From positions 56,560,606 to 56,624,605 of the forward strand of contig NC_057719.1 in the NCBI RefSeq assembly GCF_004010195.1: a stretch of DNA of 64,000 nt. The letters are read 5' to 3'. Below, one piece after another: positions 39,764-51,778 of the stretch. The notes beneath the pieces are model-generated. The model had not been told where the DNA came from. It ran no database searches and saw nothing but the letters and a program-made list of their open reading frames with translations. The DNA comes from Chiloscyllium plagiosum (taxonomy: Eukaryota). The translations under genes and the position numbers were made by a program. Each line of letters starts with the position of its first letter. Position 1 is the first letter of the stretch.

Positions 39764-39822
39764 TGAGACACTCTCAGTGGCATGGTGTGGGCTGGTGTAG
39801 CCTGGAGTGAGACACTCTCAGT

Positions 39823-40025
39823 TGAAACTTTATTGCTGGAACAGCACAGCAGGTCAGGCAGCATCCAGGGAACAGGAGAAACGTCGGCCTGTGGATTCCT
39901 GAGGAAGGGCCTGTGCCCGAAACGTCGAATCTCCTGTTCCCTGGATGCTGCCTGACCTGCTGTGCTGTTCCAGCAATAAAGTTTCAACTTTGATCTCCAG
40001 CATCTGCAGACCTCACTTTCTCCTC
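39823..40025 (+). mobile_element. Inverted fragment + forward hammerhead cassette inside minisatellite, ~15-bp TSD
   Basis: Core GATTC CTGAGGA A GGGC-ctgt-GCCC GAAA CGTC GAATC at 39894-39931; TSD tgagacactctcagt at 39808-39822 and 40026-40040. Confidence 0.88.
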
Positions 40026-43000
40026 TGAGACACTCTCAGTGGCATGGTGTGGGCTGGTGTAGCCTGGAGTGAGACACTCTCAGTGGCATGGTGTGAGTTG
40101 TTGTAGCCTGGAGCGGGACACTCTCAGTGGCATGGTGTGAGCTGGTGTAGCCTGGAGCAGGACACTCTCAGTGGTCTGGTGTGTGCTGGTGTAGCCTGGA
40201 GCGGGACACTCTCAGTGGCATGGTGTGGGCTGGTGTAGCCTGGAGCGAGACACTCTCAGTGGTATAGTGTGGGCTGGAGCGGGACACTCTCAGTGGCATG
40301 GTGTGGGCTGGTGTAGCCTGGAGCGGGACACTCACAGTGGTATGGTGTGTGCTGATGTAGCCTGGAGCGGGACACTCTCAGTGGCATGGTGTGGGCTGGA
40401 GCGGGATGCTCTCAGCTGTAAGGTTTGGGCTGGAGCGGGACACTCTCCGTGGCATGGTGTGGGCTGGTGTAGCCTGGAGCGGGACACTCTCAGTGGCATG
40501 GTGACGGCTGGAGCGGGACACTGTCAGCGGTATGGTGTGGGCTGGTATAGCATCTAGTGGGACACTCTCAGTGGTATGGTGCGGGCTGGAGCGGGACACT
40601 CTCAGTGGTATGGTCTGAGCTGGTGTAGCCTGGAGCGGGACACTCTCAATGGTATGACGTGGGCTGGAGCGGGACACTGTCAGCGGTATGGTTTGGGCTG
40701 GTGTAGCCTGGAGCAGGACACTCTCAGTGGCATGGTGTGGGCTGGAGCGGGACACTGTCAGTGGTATGGTGTGAGCTGGTGTAGCCTGGAGTGAGACACT
40801 CAGTGGCATAGTGTGGGCTGGTGTAGCCTGGAGTGAGACACTCAGTGGCATAGTGTGGGCTGGAGCGGGACACTCTCAGTGGTATGGTGTAGCCTGGAGC
40901 GGGACACTCTCATTGGTATGGTGTGAGCTGGTGTAGCCTGGAGCAAGACACTCTCAGTGGCATGGTGTGGGCTGGTGTAGACTGGAGTGGGACAGTCTCA
41001 GTGGCATGGTGTGGGCTGGTGTAGCTTGGAGCGGGACACTCTCATTGGTATGGTGTGGGCTGGTGTAGCCTGGAGCAAGACACTCTCAGTGGTATGGTGT
41101 GAGCTGGTGTAGACTGGAGTGGGACAGTCTCAGTGGTATGGTGTGGGCTGGAGCGGGATACTCTCAGTGGCATGGTGTGGTTTGGTGTAGGCTGGCGCGG
41201 GACACTCTCAGTGGTATGGTGTAGGCTGGCGCGGGACACTCTCAGTGGTATGGTTTGGGCTGGAGCGGGACACTCTCAGTGGTATGGTGTGGGCTGGAGC
41301 GGGACACTCTCAGTGGTATGGTGTGGGCTGGTGTAGCCTGGAGCGGGACAATCTCAGTGGCATGGTGTGGGCTGGTGTAGCCTGGAGCGGGACACTCTCA
41401 GTGGTATGGTGTGAGCTGGTGTAGCCTGGAGCGGGACACTCTCAGTGGTACGGTGTGGGCTGGTGTAGCCTGGAGCGGGTGGCTCTCACTGAGCTGGTGT
41501 AGCATGGAGTGCGACACTCTCAGTGGTATGGTGTGGGCTGGTGTAGCTTGGAGCCGGACACTCTCAGTGGTATGGTGTGGGCTGGTGTAGCCTGGAGCGG
41601 GACACTCTCAGTGGTATGGTGTGAGCTGGTGTAGCCTGGAGCGGGACACTCTCAGTTGTACGGTGCGGGCTGGAGCGGGACACTCTCAGTGGTATGGTCT
41701 GAGCTGGTGTAGCCTGGAGTGAGACACTCTCAGTGGTATGGTGTGAGCTGGTGTAGCCTGGAGCGGGACACTCTCAGTGGTATGGTGTGGGCTGGTGTAG
41801 CCTGGAGCGGGACACTCTCAGTGGTATGGTGTGAGCTGGTGTAGCCTGGAGCGGGACACTCTCAGTTGTACGGTGCGGGCTGGAGCGGGACACTCTCAGT
41901 GGTATGGTCTGAGCTGGTGTAGCCTGGAGTGAGACACTCTCAGTGGTATGGTGTGAGCTGGTGTAGCCTGGAGCGGGACACTCTCAGTGGCATGGTGTGG
42001 GCTGGTGTAGCCTGGAGTGAGACACTCAGTGGCATAGTGTGGGCTGGTATAGCCTGGAGTGGGACACTCTCAGTGGTATGGTGTGGGCTGGTGTAGATTG
42101 GAGCAGAACACTCTCAGTGGCATAGTGTGGGCTGGTGTAGCCTGGAGCGGGACACTCTCAGTGGTATGGTGTGGGCTGGAGCAGGATACTCTCAGTGGCA
42201 TGGTGTGGGCTGGTGTAGCCTGGAGCAAGACACTCTCAGTGGCATAGTGTGGGCTGGTATAGCTTGGAGCGGGACATTCTCAGTGGCATGGTGTGTGCTG
42301 GTGTAGCCTGGAGCGGGACCTCTCAGTGGCATGGTGTGGGCTGGTGTAGCCTGGGGCGGAACACTCTCAGTGTTATGGTGTGGGCTGGAGCGGGATACTC
42401 TTAGTGGCATGGTGTGGCCTGGAGCAAGACACTCTCAGTGGCATGGTGTGGGCTGCTGTAGCTTGGAGCGGGACACTCTCAGTGGTATGGTGTGGGCTGG
42501 TGTAGCCTGGAGCGGGACACTCTCATTGGTATGGTGTGGGCTGGTGTAGCCTGGAGTGGGACAGTCTCAGTGGTATGGTGTGGGCTGGAGCGGGATACTC
42601 TCAGTGGCATGGTGTGGTTTGGTGTAGCCTGGGGCGGAACACTCTCAGTGGTATGGTGTATGCTGGCGCGGGACACTCTCAGTGGTATGGTGTAGGCTGG
42701 CGCAGGACACTCTCAGTGGTATGGTGTGGGCTGGTGTAGCCTGGAGTGGGACACTCTCAGTGGCATGGTGTGGGCTGGAGCCGGACACTCTCAGTGGTAT
42801 GGTGTGGGCTGGTGTAGCCTGGAGTGGGACACTCTCAGTGGTATAGTGTGGGCTGGAAAACCCGGAATGGGACACTCTCAGCAGCGCAGTGTGGGCTGGG
42901 TAACCCGGAGTGGGGCACTCTCAGTAGCATGGTGTGGGCTGGGAAACCCGGAGTGGGACACTCTCAGCAGCACCGTGTGGGCTGGGAAACCCGGAGTGGG

Positions 43001-43703
43001 ACACTCTCAGCAGCATGGTGTGGGCTGGGAAACCCGGAGTGGGACACTCTCAGCAGCGCCATGTGTGCTGGGAAACCCGGAGTGGGACACTCTCAACGGT
43101 GTGTCTGTGAAGCCTGGAGTGGGACGCTGGCAGCAGCATGGTATAGCATTGGAGAAGGAGAAGTTAATGTGAATGGTACCTGTATACACATGATGGCATA
43201 CACATTTCACTGCATTTTATATTGAATACATGTAACTATAAAAGGATATTCTAATATTCTTTGGGTTGAATTTTACCCAAAATCGACTGTGTGTTAATCT
43301 TGGCAAGTTTGGGAAGAGTTTCTGTGAGTTTCTTCCCACCATCTTCCCAAACCTGCCTCATTTCCTTTGCACTATATCTTTATAGTGCGCCACTTGCCAC
43401 GTTCACCTACTTGCCACAAGTCGAATCTCCCGGGATCCCTGGTATTAATTTCTTTTTTATTCATTCATGGGATGCTGGATAGGCCAGCATTTATTGCCTA
43501 TCCCTAGTTGCCTAGAGGACAGTTAAGAGTTAACCACATTGCTGTGGGTCTGGAGTCTCATGTAAGGATGACAGTTTTCCTTAAAGGATATTAACAAATC
43601 CAATTGAGTTTTCTGACAATCCTGCAGGATTTTTAATAAAGATCCTTTATTTGCTTTTGCTAATAATTGAGTCAAGTCGATTTAATTTCCACAACAGGAA
43701 ACT

Positions 43704-43722
43704 TGGGGGCTCGTCCCGGGAC
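43704..43722 (+). promoter_or_regulatory. Primer-binding site complementary to tRNA-Pro
   Basis: TGGGGGCTCGTCCCGGGAC vs canonical tRNA-Pro PBS TGGGGGCTCGTCCGGGAT, just downstream of LTR end CA. Confidence 0.88.
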
Positions 43723-44243
43723 CCTGCGACTGGGTGAGATTCGGCAGATTCCCAGGAGGCGCAGGTGCCAGCGCCTTGAAGGTCTTTCACTTCATCTCGA
43801 GCGCTGAATTGGCCCTTTTGTGTGAGAGGACTGGGAATCTGGATCGCCCCAGCGCCAGGGGTTCGAATTGAATAGGCTCAGGGTCAGAGTCGTGGCTTAA
43901 GTAATCCTACATTGAGAATCATTCTAAAAGAATAAATATAGCAGGAAAAGGGTTCAGTGAACTCTCGCATGGCATTAGAGTAAAACCCCAGGGAAGGGGA
44001 TTGACGTCTCTAGAGTGTTTAGGAGACAGCAAGTCTAAGGGTGGTTTTAGACTTGGAACCAGCGCTGGCTGAGTTGGACTCGCCAAAGACGTACCGGGTA
44101 TGTGTTTTCTTGGTTTACAAAAACCAAGGCATTGAGGCGGATGCGAGAGGGGACCTCTGGAGGTAAAAAGCAAGTCTAAATGGAAAAGGTAACGGTACCG
44201 CGAGTGAGAAAGAGAGCTGAACACTTTTCCAGTTACACTAAAA

Positions 44244-45780
44244 ATGGGCTCCAGCAAAAGCAAACAAAGGAATGGCCAACCAAAAATACAATACATGCTA
44301 AATAATCATGGCCCAGAGTCTGTGAAGCAGTTAGAATTGTGGGTGAAGGAATGTGGTTTTCTGGAGGGAGGAAGTTTTAGTAAAAGACAGCTGGAAATAT
44401 TGAGGTTGAGGTTGGAGGAGTGAGAGAAGGAGAAAAGGAAGGGAAAAATAGAACCTGTGAATTGGAGTGCTTATAACATGTGGAAGGCTGAGGCTGATAT
44501 CAGGGAAAGGAAATCTCAAGTAAAGGATAGATCAAATACACATATAAACACCAGCGCACATGCGGACGTGTGCGGAAAACAACTTAATGAAGCTGTACGG
44601 TGTCTTAAGTCTGTTTCAGGTCCTGACCTTGATGACTGCCCTCTGAGACCGACAGCCCCCCTATGAGATCCGCCTGGCGAAAGTTCCACGTCAGCGGCTG
44701 CAGCCTCAGGGTCTGCTGGATCACCGATAGCATTTTGTACCCGCAACCAATTGAAGCAAGAAGGTCAAGAGAAGGACGACCACTCCAAGATGGAAAGGCA
44801 TCCAAGGCCGGTTCCCAATCACCCCCCTGATGGATGATGAGTCAGACAGTGAGGGTACTGGAGCACGATCATCTAACCACGTAGTTCTGCAAGACCCAAT
44901 GGTTGAAGTTGCAAGTCCAGAAGGCTATCCAGTGTTGCTCCACCAGCCATGGACCATGAAAAATCTGGAAAGTGCCTATTGGCAGTTGCCTGACCCACGC
45001 GAGGTTGGAGGTAATAAGTTCGCCGAAGAAGTGACAAGGTTCTGTGCTGAGTTCCGTCCCACTTCACAAGAGATGAGACATCTCCTGGGATGAAAGCTAG
45101 GTGCCGATGTCACCAAAATCAAGTATACCTGGCCAGCTGCAAATGTCCATGCCAGAGTAGCCAACCACCAGCGGAGCAGAACGGAGACTTTAATGCTTTT
45201 GTTGCAGTGCTGGCAACCGCCTGTGGTGCGAGTGGACATGACCAAAATAGCAATGTGTAAACAACAGAAAGGTGAGACCGTGTCCCAGTACCTTACGCGA
45301 CTCACTGAAGTCCATAACGCCCATAGTGGACTGAGACCACCCAACGACATAACGGCAGAAGACATCACGCCGTATGAGGCACACCTGAGGAACAGCTTCA
45401 TCAATGGAACGAAGGACAAAATAGCAAAAAAGGTAAAAGACACATGTATTACCTGGGACACGGGAAAGCTGAATTTGATAGAACAACATGCGATACATGC
45501 TGAAAAATTGCTTATCCAAGAGAAGGATAAGCGGAAACTATAGATGGAACAGAAAGCACATAAAGCCCAGCTTACTATGATGCAAATGGTCACCCAGCCG
45601 TTGGTGGGACATGCTGCAGGAAGAGAGAGAGGCAGAGGTGGAGATCACGGAAGAGGAAGAGGTCGTGGAAGAGGCGTGGGCAGAGGTAGATCTGGCGGGT
45701 GCTTTGTTTGCAAAGCAATGGACCACTGGGTGAGACAGTGCCCACACAGACAGTCTCAATCAGCCCTGCAGGCTGAGTGA
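44244..45780 (+). pseudogene. gag: Retroviral gag (MA-late domain-CA-NC) with stops and frameshifts
   Basis: MGSSKSK myristoylation motif; PTAP; PMVEV..PWT..LPDP..FCAEFRPT; MHR QKGETVSQYLTRL; RG-rich linker; CCHC knuckle CFVCKAMDHWVRQC. Confidence 0.9.
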
Positions 45781-46420
45781 CAGAGGGGACTGACAGGGGA
45801 AGGCTGAGGTGGATGTGGGAAGCCCACAAGGTACAGAATCAAGTGAAAGTAGAACTACCCTGACCAGCAGAAGGGAAGCTGCACGATCTAGAACCTGGAG
45901 ACTGGATAGTGGTGAAAGACTTCAGGAGGAAAAACTGGGAGGCGAAGAGGTGGCTGGGACCGTTTCCAGTGCTCCGTGCAACACAGACAGCAGTTAAGAT
46001 CGCAGAAAGAGCCATGTGGATACACGCCAGGTATTGCAAGTATGTAGCTGGGCTTGAGGAGAGCACCGGAACCAATTAAGTGCAAAGTAGTGATTAGAAG
46101 CCTCATACAAATATGGGGTTGCCCCAGCTCACACTTTTAGCAAGTGCCCTGGTAGATTTATTCGTAAGGTCAGGGGCATTGTGTGGACCCCATCGTACTA
46201 TGGCATTGATGAGTGTGACATGTGAACATGGGATGTGTACAGGGCACACCAGAGCAAGTGACGATACCACCACACAGCTGTGTTTCGGGGAGGTGGTGTC
46301 TGAGGAAAGGCCTGGTGTTTCCTAAACATCTTCCGATGTATAGCTATTCTGGCTCTGCTCTTTTTTGTTGTTGTTGCTGTAGTTGTCCCTGTTGTCATAA
46401 AATGACAAAAAGGGGGAAAA

Positions 46421-46859
46421 TGTCATGGAAAGTTATCCACTTACTGTGAAATTAAATATCCATTTACTGTGAAATTTAAAGAGAATGCTTTTCTTTAATT
46501 CAATGCTGTACTGAGCTTTGTAAATGATGCTTTGATGAAGGTTTGCAGTTAGCTTATCTCTGTTTGAATTCTGTAAACATTCAACTTGACATTGCGATAG
46601 TCGAACTCAGTGAAAGCTGAAGAACTGTTATGTCTAGGACCAGGGGATGCGAGGATAACAACTTGAGTTTCCCACAGTCTTTGCCCTTGAGAGTGTGATA
46701 AGGAACACTATAAGGCAGGTGTCTATACAATGTTTCAGTACTCTTTGCATTGAGGCATCTGACTTAATGTAATGAGACAAAATCCTGCAGGATTTTTAAT
46801 AAAGATCCTTTCTTTGCTCTTGCTAATAATTGAGTCGAGTCGATTTAATTTCCACAACA
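46421..46859 (+). repeat. ERV 3' LTR (439 bp)
   Basis: TG...CA with imperfect 11-bp terminal inverted repeat, follows the PPT, contains TATAA and AATAAA. Confidence 0.88.
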
Positions 46860-48374
46860 TGGTTCACGGCCACCAGAAGACTCTTAATTCCAAATTTTTA
46901 TTGAATTCAAGTTCCACCATCTGCAATGGTGGGATTCGAACCTTACCTGGGTCTCCGATTAACAGTCTAGTGACAATACTAGGTCATTGCCTCTCCATGC
47001 CACCTTTAAATCCCAACTGTGGACCCTGATAGACACTGGCAGTCCACAGCTCCCTCTCTGGTTTCTGCCAATTGTCCCAGACATGTCAGAGAGAGGAAAA
47101 TTGGCACCCTATTTTGCTGACGGAAATCTGAACATCCTGGTGGACAGGGGTGTGTGGACGCAGTCAATGCCCATGGAATGTGTCCTGAGATGGCGGTGCC
47201 TGCTGTTCAAGATGGAGGGCTAGAGGGATAATTGGTGAGCTGGAGTCACCAGGCTACTTCTCTGACTTTCATGTTGGGAATTGCCACTGTCTGGTTTCTA
47301 TTCAGAGGTGAGAGATTGCGGAACTGCATATCGATGAGCTGATATGGTGTCATAATGAGATATTAATGCATGCTAATTGGCCTCTTGTCACTCAGTTGCA
47401 AGAATCTTGTCTCGCCATTTAACACTTGGATGGAAAATTGAACTTTCTGGTAACCAGGATTTCCTCCTGCCAATCTCACACAATTCTCCTAACTTCCTGG
47501 CCAATTTCTATGTCGTTCAGTGGATGAGAAGATTTAACCTTTTTTTTATACATTAACCAAACTTGATCTGTGTTAAAATGCAACCCCTAAATCTCATGAA
47601 TCCTAATTTTCTGCAATAATCCATGTGCAGCATTTCATCAACTATTTTTGAATATTAAATTTTGAATATTAAAATAGACAAAACCCACTGGTTTTCTCTT
47701 ATACACCTTACTTCTGACATCCTTAATAAGCTCAAACAGCAGCCTTCGAGCCAACTATAAAGTTGGAAACTACACTCCCATAATTTGCATGTAATTCAAT
47801 CTGTTTATAATAACACATGTCGCAATACAGAATTTATCCATCAGTGAGTTAATTGCACTGAGAAGTTCTGCTCTTTCCAATTTGCCTTTTACATAACATT
47901 CTAACACAGCAAAAAAAACTGAATATATACAAAATATCAGCATAAAACTCAATTTTTTGAACATCAAAGACAATATACTGGGTCTTGGCCAGAATTGGAA
48001 AACCTCCTGCTGCACTGAATGACTGCATTCATGTTGTGATTTAAACTTTCTTCACTCTTAGGCAGAATTTGATTAATAAGATTTGAGTTTCTTTTTGTGT
48101 GATTAATAGAACAATTATCCAAACTGACTATGTCTAATCTATAATTTTCATTCCAAGAAAAACTTGAAATTACTTCTGAGTAATCTTGCACAGGAAATAA
48201 GCGTTTTTCACCAGAATGAATAGGTGCTACGTCATAATGTCAAAGTAATCATTTCAGTAGACAGTGGTTTCTTGAGCACTGCATTGAGTTCCATTTTCAA
48301 AAATGAGAAATGGGACAGGACATGTTCCATTTCATTTATCAAAATAATAGGACAATGTAAAGCTGGAGAAAGAT

Positions 48375-48918
48375 ACAATGGTTTTTGTCAAGGTTCATCT
48401 CAAGCAGCCCTGTGATGCAGGACTCTCCAGTCTGTTCTCTTGGACACACACGGAGACAAACATTGACTGCGCCTGGAGGACCATCAACTCATTGAAAGGC
48501 ACTCTTTGGTTGGCCCAAGACTTGTTGGTTTTCCAGAACAAGGAGTTGACCTTAACTGAGTGTTGCAGACCTGCACATTCCAAGGTAAAGGACTACGTGC
48601 TGAGGGACGCACTAAAGCTTGAGATAGCTGCCACCAAGGTGCAATGGGGAAAGACCATTGGACTTTCTGGACTCTAAGGACTACCTGCAGAAGTTAAATG
48701 GGGGTCTGTTCAGTTATTGGACCCTCTTGGTGCCTCAAATATATGTAAATATAGTCATGTACAACTAAGAAATGTCTTTGGTCTGTTTGCTGGCTACAGT
48801 CAAACTCCAATGTTTGTTTCTTTCTCCATTTGCTACTGTATAGAACCGAACTGCATTAGTGACTATGTGTATGTATAAAGGTGTTTTCATGAATAAAGTA
48901 TATATTTGAAATAAAAAA
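48375..48918 (+). mobile_element. Tx1-like (L1 clade) LINE 3' end
   Basis: CAWRTINSLKGTLWLAQDLLVFQNKELTLTECCR.AHSKVKDYVLRDALKL; AATAAA and A-rich tail. Confidence 0.72.
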
Positions 48919-50339
48919 GGAACAATAAAGCAGACATAAAAAGTGAATATTAACTTGAATAATGAATAATGAAAACAAGGTTAATTTACTTTATGAGGAG
49001 ATTTCAAACAAAAATATCCCCTCATTCATTTCTCTTGATAATTCTGAATGTTCTTTAAGGTTAATGATCTTAGGTACACAGCATTTAAGTGATAACAGTG
49101 TGGGTGCTCAAGTTAACAGTTTCAGCACTGGGTAATAGTCTGCACATTCCATATATGGTAAAACAGAGGACTAAATTTTCCCTGCCTCTGAGTGAATGGG
49201 CAATGCTGAGTCAATTGTGAAAATATAGCAAGATTAGAAAAACATGATTCTTAAAATCGAGAAACAAAATTCTGATTTTTCACCTAGTCTTTTAATAGTA
49301 AGATGAGAATCTCACTGGTGAGCATCAGGAGACCCATTTGCAAGTATTTCCATCTCATTATTTCTTTTTCTCACCTCATTTGTTTGCAGTTTGCTATTCT
49401 CCCACCCAGTGGAGAGAAACTGGACAGTAACCTGGTAGATCCAGCTTGCTGCTTGCTCCTCTGGACCTCTATCTTGACCAGCAATTGCCAACACCTCCAC
49501 AGGGCACTCTCCATCATCAGTTTCCAGCACATCCTTTTGAACCCCAACATGTCCATGTAGGTTGGCATTGGATATGCACTAGTTGTAGCACAGTATCCTG
49601 CAATGTGAATGGTTTGTAGTGACCCACAATATCAAATGCAAATCCTGGTAACAAGGAATTTTGACTGTATTACTGGTCATTACAGAGTAATCATAGTCAT
49701 CTCTGTGAAGCAAAAGTCATCACAGTGGATCTTAAAGGCGTTCACCTGCAGGTCAAGACAGTGCAAGGTTTCATTGGCTGCAGAATGCTGGTTTCATGTC
49801 ACTGTGAACTATAAGTTTTTGTTAACATGCTCTTATATGCAAAGCTTGCTTTCTTCAGTGATGTGGGGTGGGGTGGGATTCTTGGTGGTAGAGGGAGGCA
49901 AAGTTTCAATAATCTGATCACATTTACAATCTCCTACTGTATTTGTGGATCATGGCTTGTGCTGCATACATCAGAATATGATCCACTATGTCAAAGGTCT
50001 ATATATGGGATTTCTACCACGCTCAAGTTGGAATCCTGCATGTCCCACTTTATCAAGGACTATACTAAACTATCACTTGTGTGTAATGTAAATGCTGTTT
50101 ATTCACATAACCAAGGACCTTTCAATTTTGATATTCCCATCACGGGTTCACTAGAACTGTGACCAACGGATTCAACCACATCAGAACTTATCTTCACTAT
50201 GGTCATGGTGCAATAAAGGCACAGAAAAATTAAGGAAGAAGAAATGCATCAGCAACTCATGACCAGCAGCCACCTGTTCTGCCCAGCAGTGTCCACAGAA
50301 GAGGCCACACCTGAAGGTCCCTGTGGATGCAGAGGAGGT

Positions 50340-51300
50340 CTGAGAGGCCCAGAGCCTACTTCCTCAATGCCATTTCCTCCAGATCAGCAAGGCTAATTGT
50401 CACTACAAACTGTGATGTCCCTCCGCACTCTGTGACCTGAGGATTGAGTAGTCATCCTATCCTGGTGCCTAACAAGGTGGCAGCTGAATTAAGCTTTTCT
50501 GCAACTGGCTGTTTCCAAGAGTCCAGTGGGAATCTGTGTGGAATCTCTCATTTCTCAACAGATGTTATTACCTTTGCAATTTGTGCCAGATCACATCGCT
50601 TCATCTCATTTCCCAATGACAAGGTCAGTGCTGCTGCTCAGGCAATAGGCTTTGCCACCATAGCTGGCTTTTCTGGATGCAAAGTCCCATATACTATAAA
50701 GGTGTTGCATTGAAAGCACCATATCATAACACAACAGACTTCACCAATAGCAAATAGTTTGATTTCTTCAATGTACAAACCACTTGTCATTAACAGTAAC
50801 ATATCCCAGAACTTTGCACAGGTACCCTGAGAGCTGTCATGATACCTATATTCTTGAGAATTCTCATGTTCCTACTTGATTCCATGGACTGGATGCCTTG
50901 TATGGATGATTGCTGGGAGAAAAGGGCTACCTTCAGTAACTATGGCTGATAACTTTTTCACGATCCCCTGATAGAAGTTCAGTGTAGATGAAATGCAGCC
51001 CAGTTTTCCACCATAACAGTCATGGAACAGTCAATAGGCCTCCTGAAGCTGAGGTTCCAATGGCCTACAGGCAGATGGAGCATATGTTAAACAGTGTCCA
51101 TTGTGGAATCTCAGCCTCCTGTGCCTTGCACAACAGGAGCAGGCAAAGAAGAGACAAGATAGATACTGAACAGTTAGGAGAATGCCAGCAGTCTTCTGAG
51201 GAGAATGACAAGGATATGGGCAGGCACCTTCAATATAAAGCAGCGGTGCAGTGTTGGGCACAATGAGCTGGACAGGGCTTCATTGATAATTGGTTCCATT
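50340..51300 (+). pseudogene. Harbinger/HARBI1-like DDE transposase relic
   Basis: LSFSATGCFQ..GNLCGIS, FISFP, FATIAGF, VALKAP, FNVQ, YPESCHD..IL, LLGEKGY...WLIT, EQSIGLLKLRF, SCALHN in the expected order; many stops. Confidence 0.85.
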
Positions 51301-51484
51301 AGATACAAGCTGGATAAAGTGACCAAATATTGACTGTAGATCGGTTGCTGCTCAGAATACAAGTGGTCCTTATTGTTCCGAGAAGCAAATACACCTTTTT
51401 TGTTTGTTTTTTAAATTACTTTTCCAGTTGTTGAATAAAAGTTAATGCTTTCAAGTGTTTAAAGATATTTTATGATGCAATGCT

Positions 51485-51778
51485 CCCCGAACTAGAGGGC
51501 ATAGGTTTAGGGTGAGAGGGGAAAGATATAAAAGAGATCTAACGGGTAACTTTTTCACACAAAGGGTGGTACATGTATGGAATGAGCTGCCAGAGGAAGT
51601 GATGGAGGCTGGTACAATTGCAACATTTAAGAGGCATTTGGAAGGGTATATGAATAGAAACGGTTTGGAGGGATATGGGCCGGCTGCTGGCAGGTGGGAC
51701 TAGATTGGGTTGGGATAGCTGGTCGGCATGGACGGGTCTGTTTCCATGCTGTTCATCTCTATGACTCTATGACTCTAT
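51485..51778 (+). mobile_element. CR1 3' end
   Basis: RTRGHRFRVRGERYKRDLTGNFFTQRVVHVWNELPEEV; (CTATGACT)n tail. Confidence 0.9.

Larger units (their letters stand above)
38671..43140. repeat. GC-rich minisatellite, 44-bp unit CTCTCAGTGGCATGGTGTGGGCTGGTGTAGCCTGGAGCGGGACA, with 34-, 42- and 43-bp variants
   Basis: Directly visible tandem array; contains an assembly gap and two hammerhead-cassette insertions. Confidence 0.97.
43615..46859 (+). mobile_element. Internally deleted endogenous retrovirus (class I, gamma/epsilon-like), gag only
   Basis: 5' LTR remnant 43615-43696 matches the end of the 3' LTR 46421-46859 (TGTCATGGAAA...TTTCCACAACA); PBS; PPT aaaaagggggaaaa 46407-46420; gag motifs. 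Confidence 0.92.
43445..46996 (-). mobile_element. DeuSINE/SacSINE1-like SINE split by ERV (43445-43619 and 46860-46996)
   Basis: Left half ends ...gttttctgacaat; right half resumes tggttcacgg...gggattcgaacc (tRNA B-box on minus). Confidence 0.7.

Noticed and set aside
38538..43225. Many ORFs over the tandem array; CRISPR-like appearance
   Set aside because: The ORFs are translations of a 44-bp repeat or of N runs. Units are contiguous with no unique spacers and there are no cas genes, in a vertebrate context.
50340..51300. Functional domesticated HARBI1 gene
   Set aside because: Numerous stops and frameshifts; a transposon relic.
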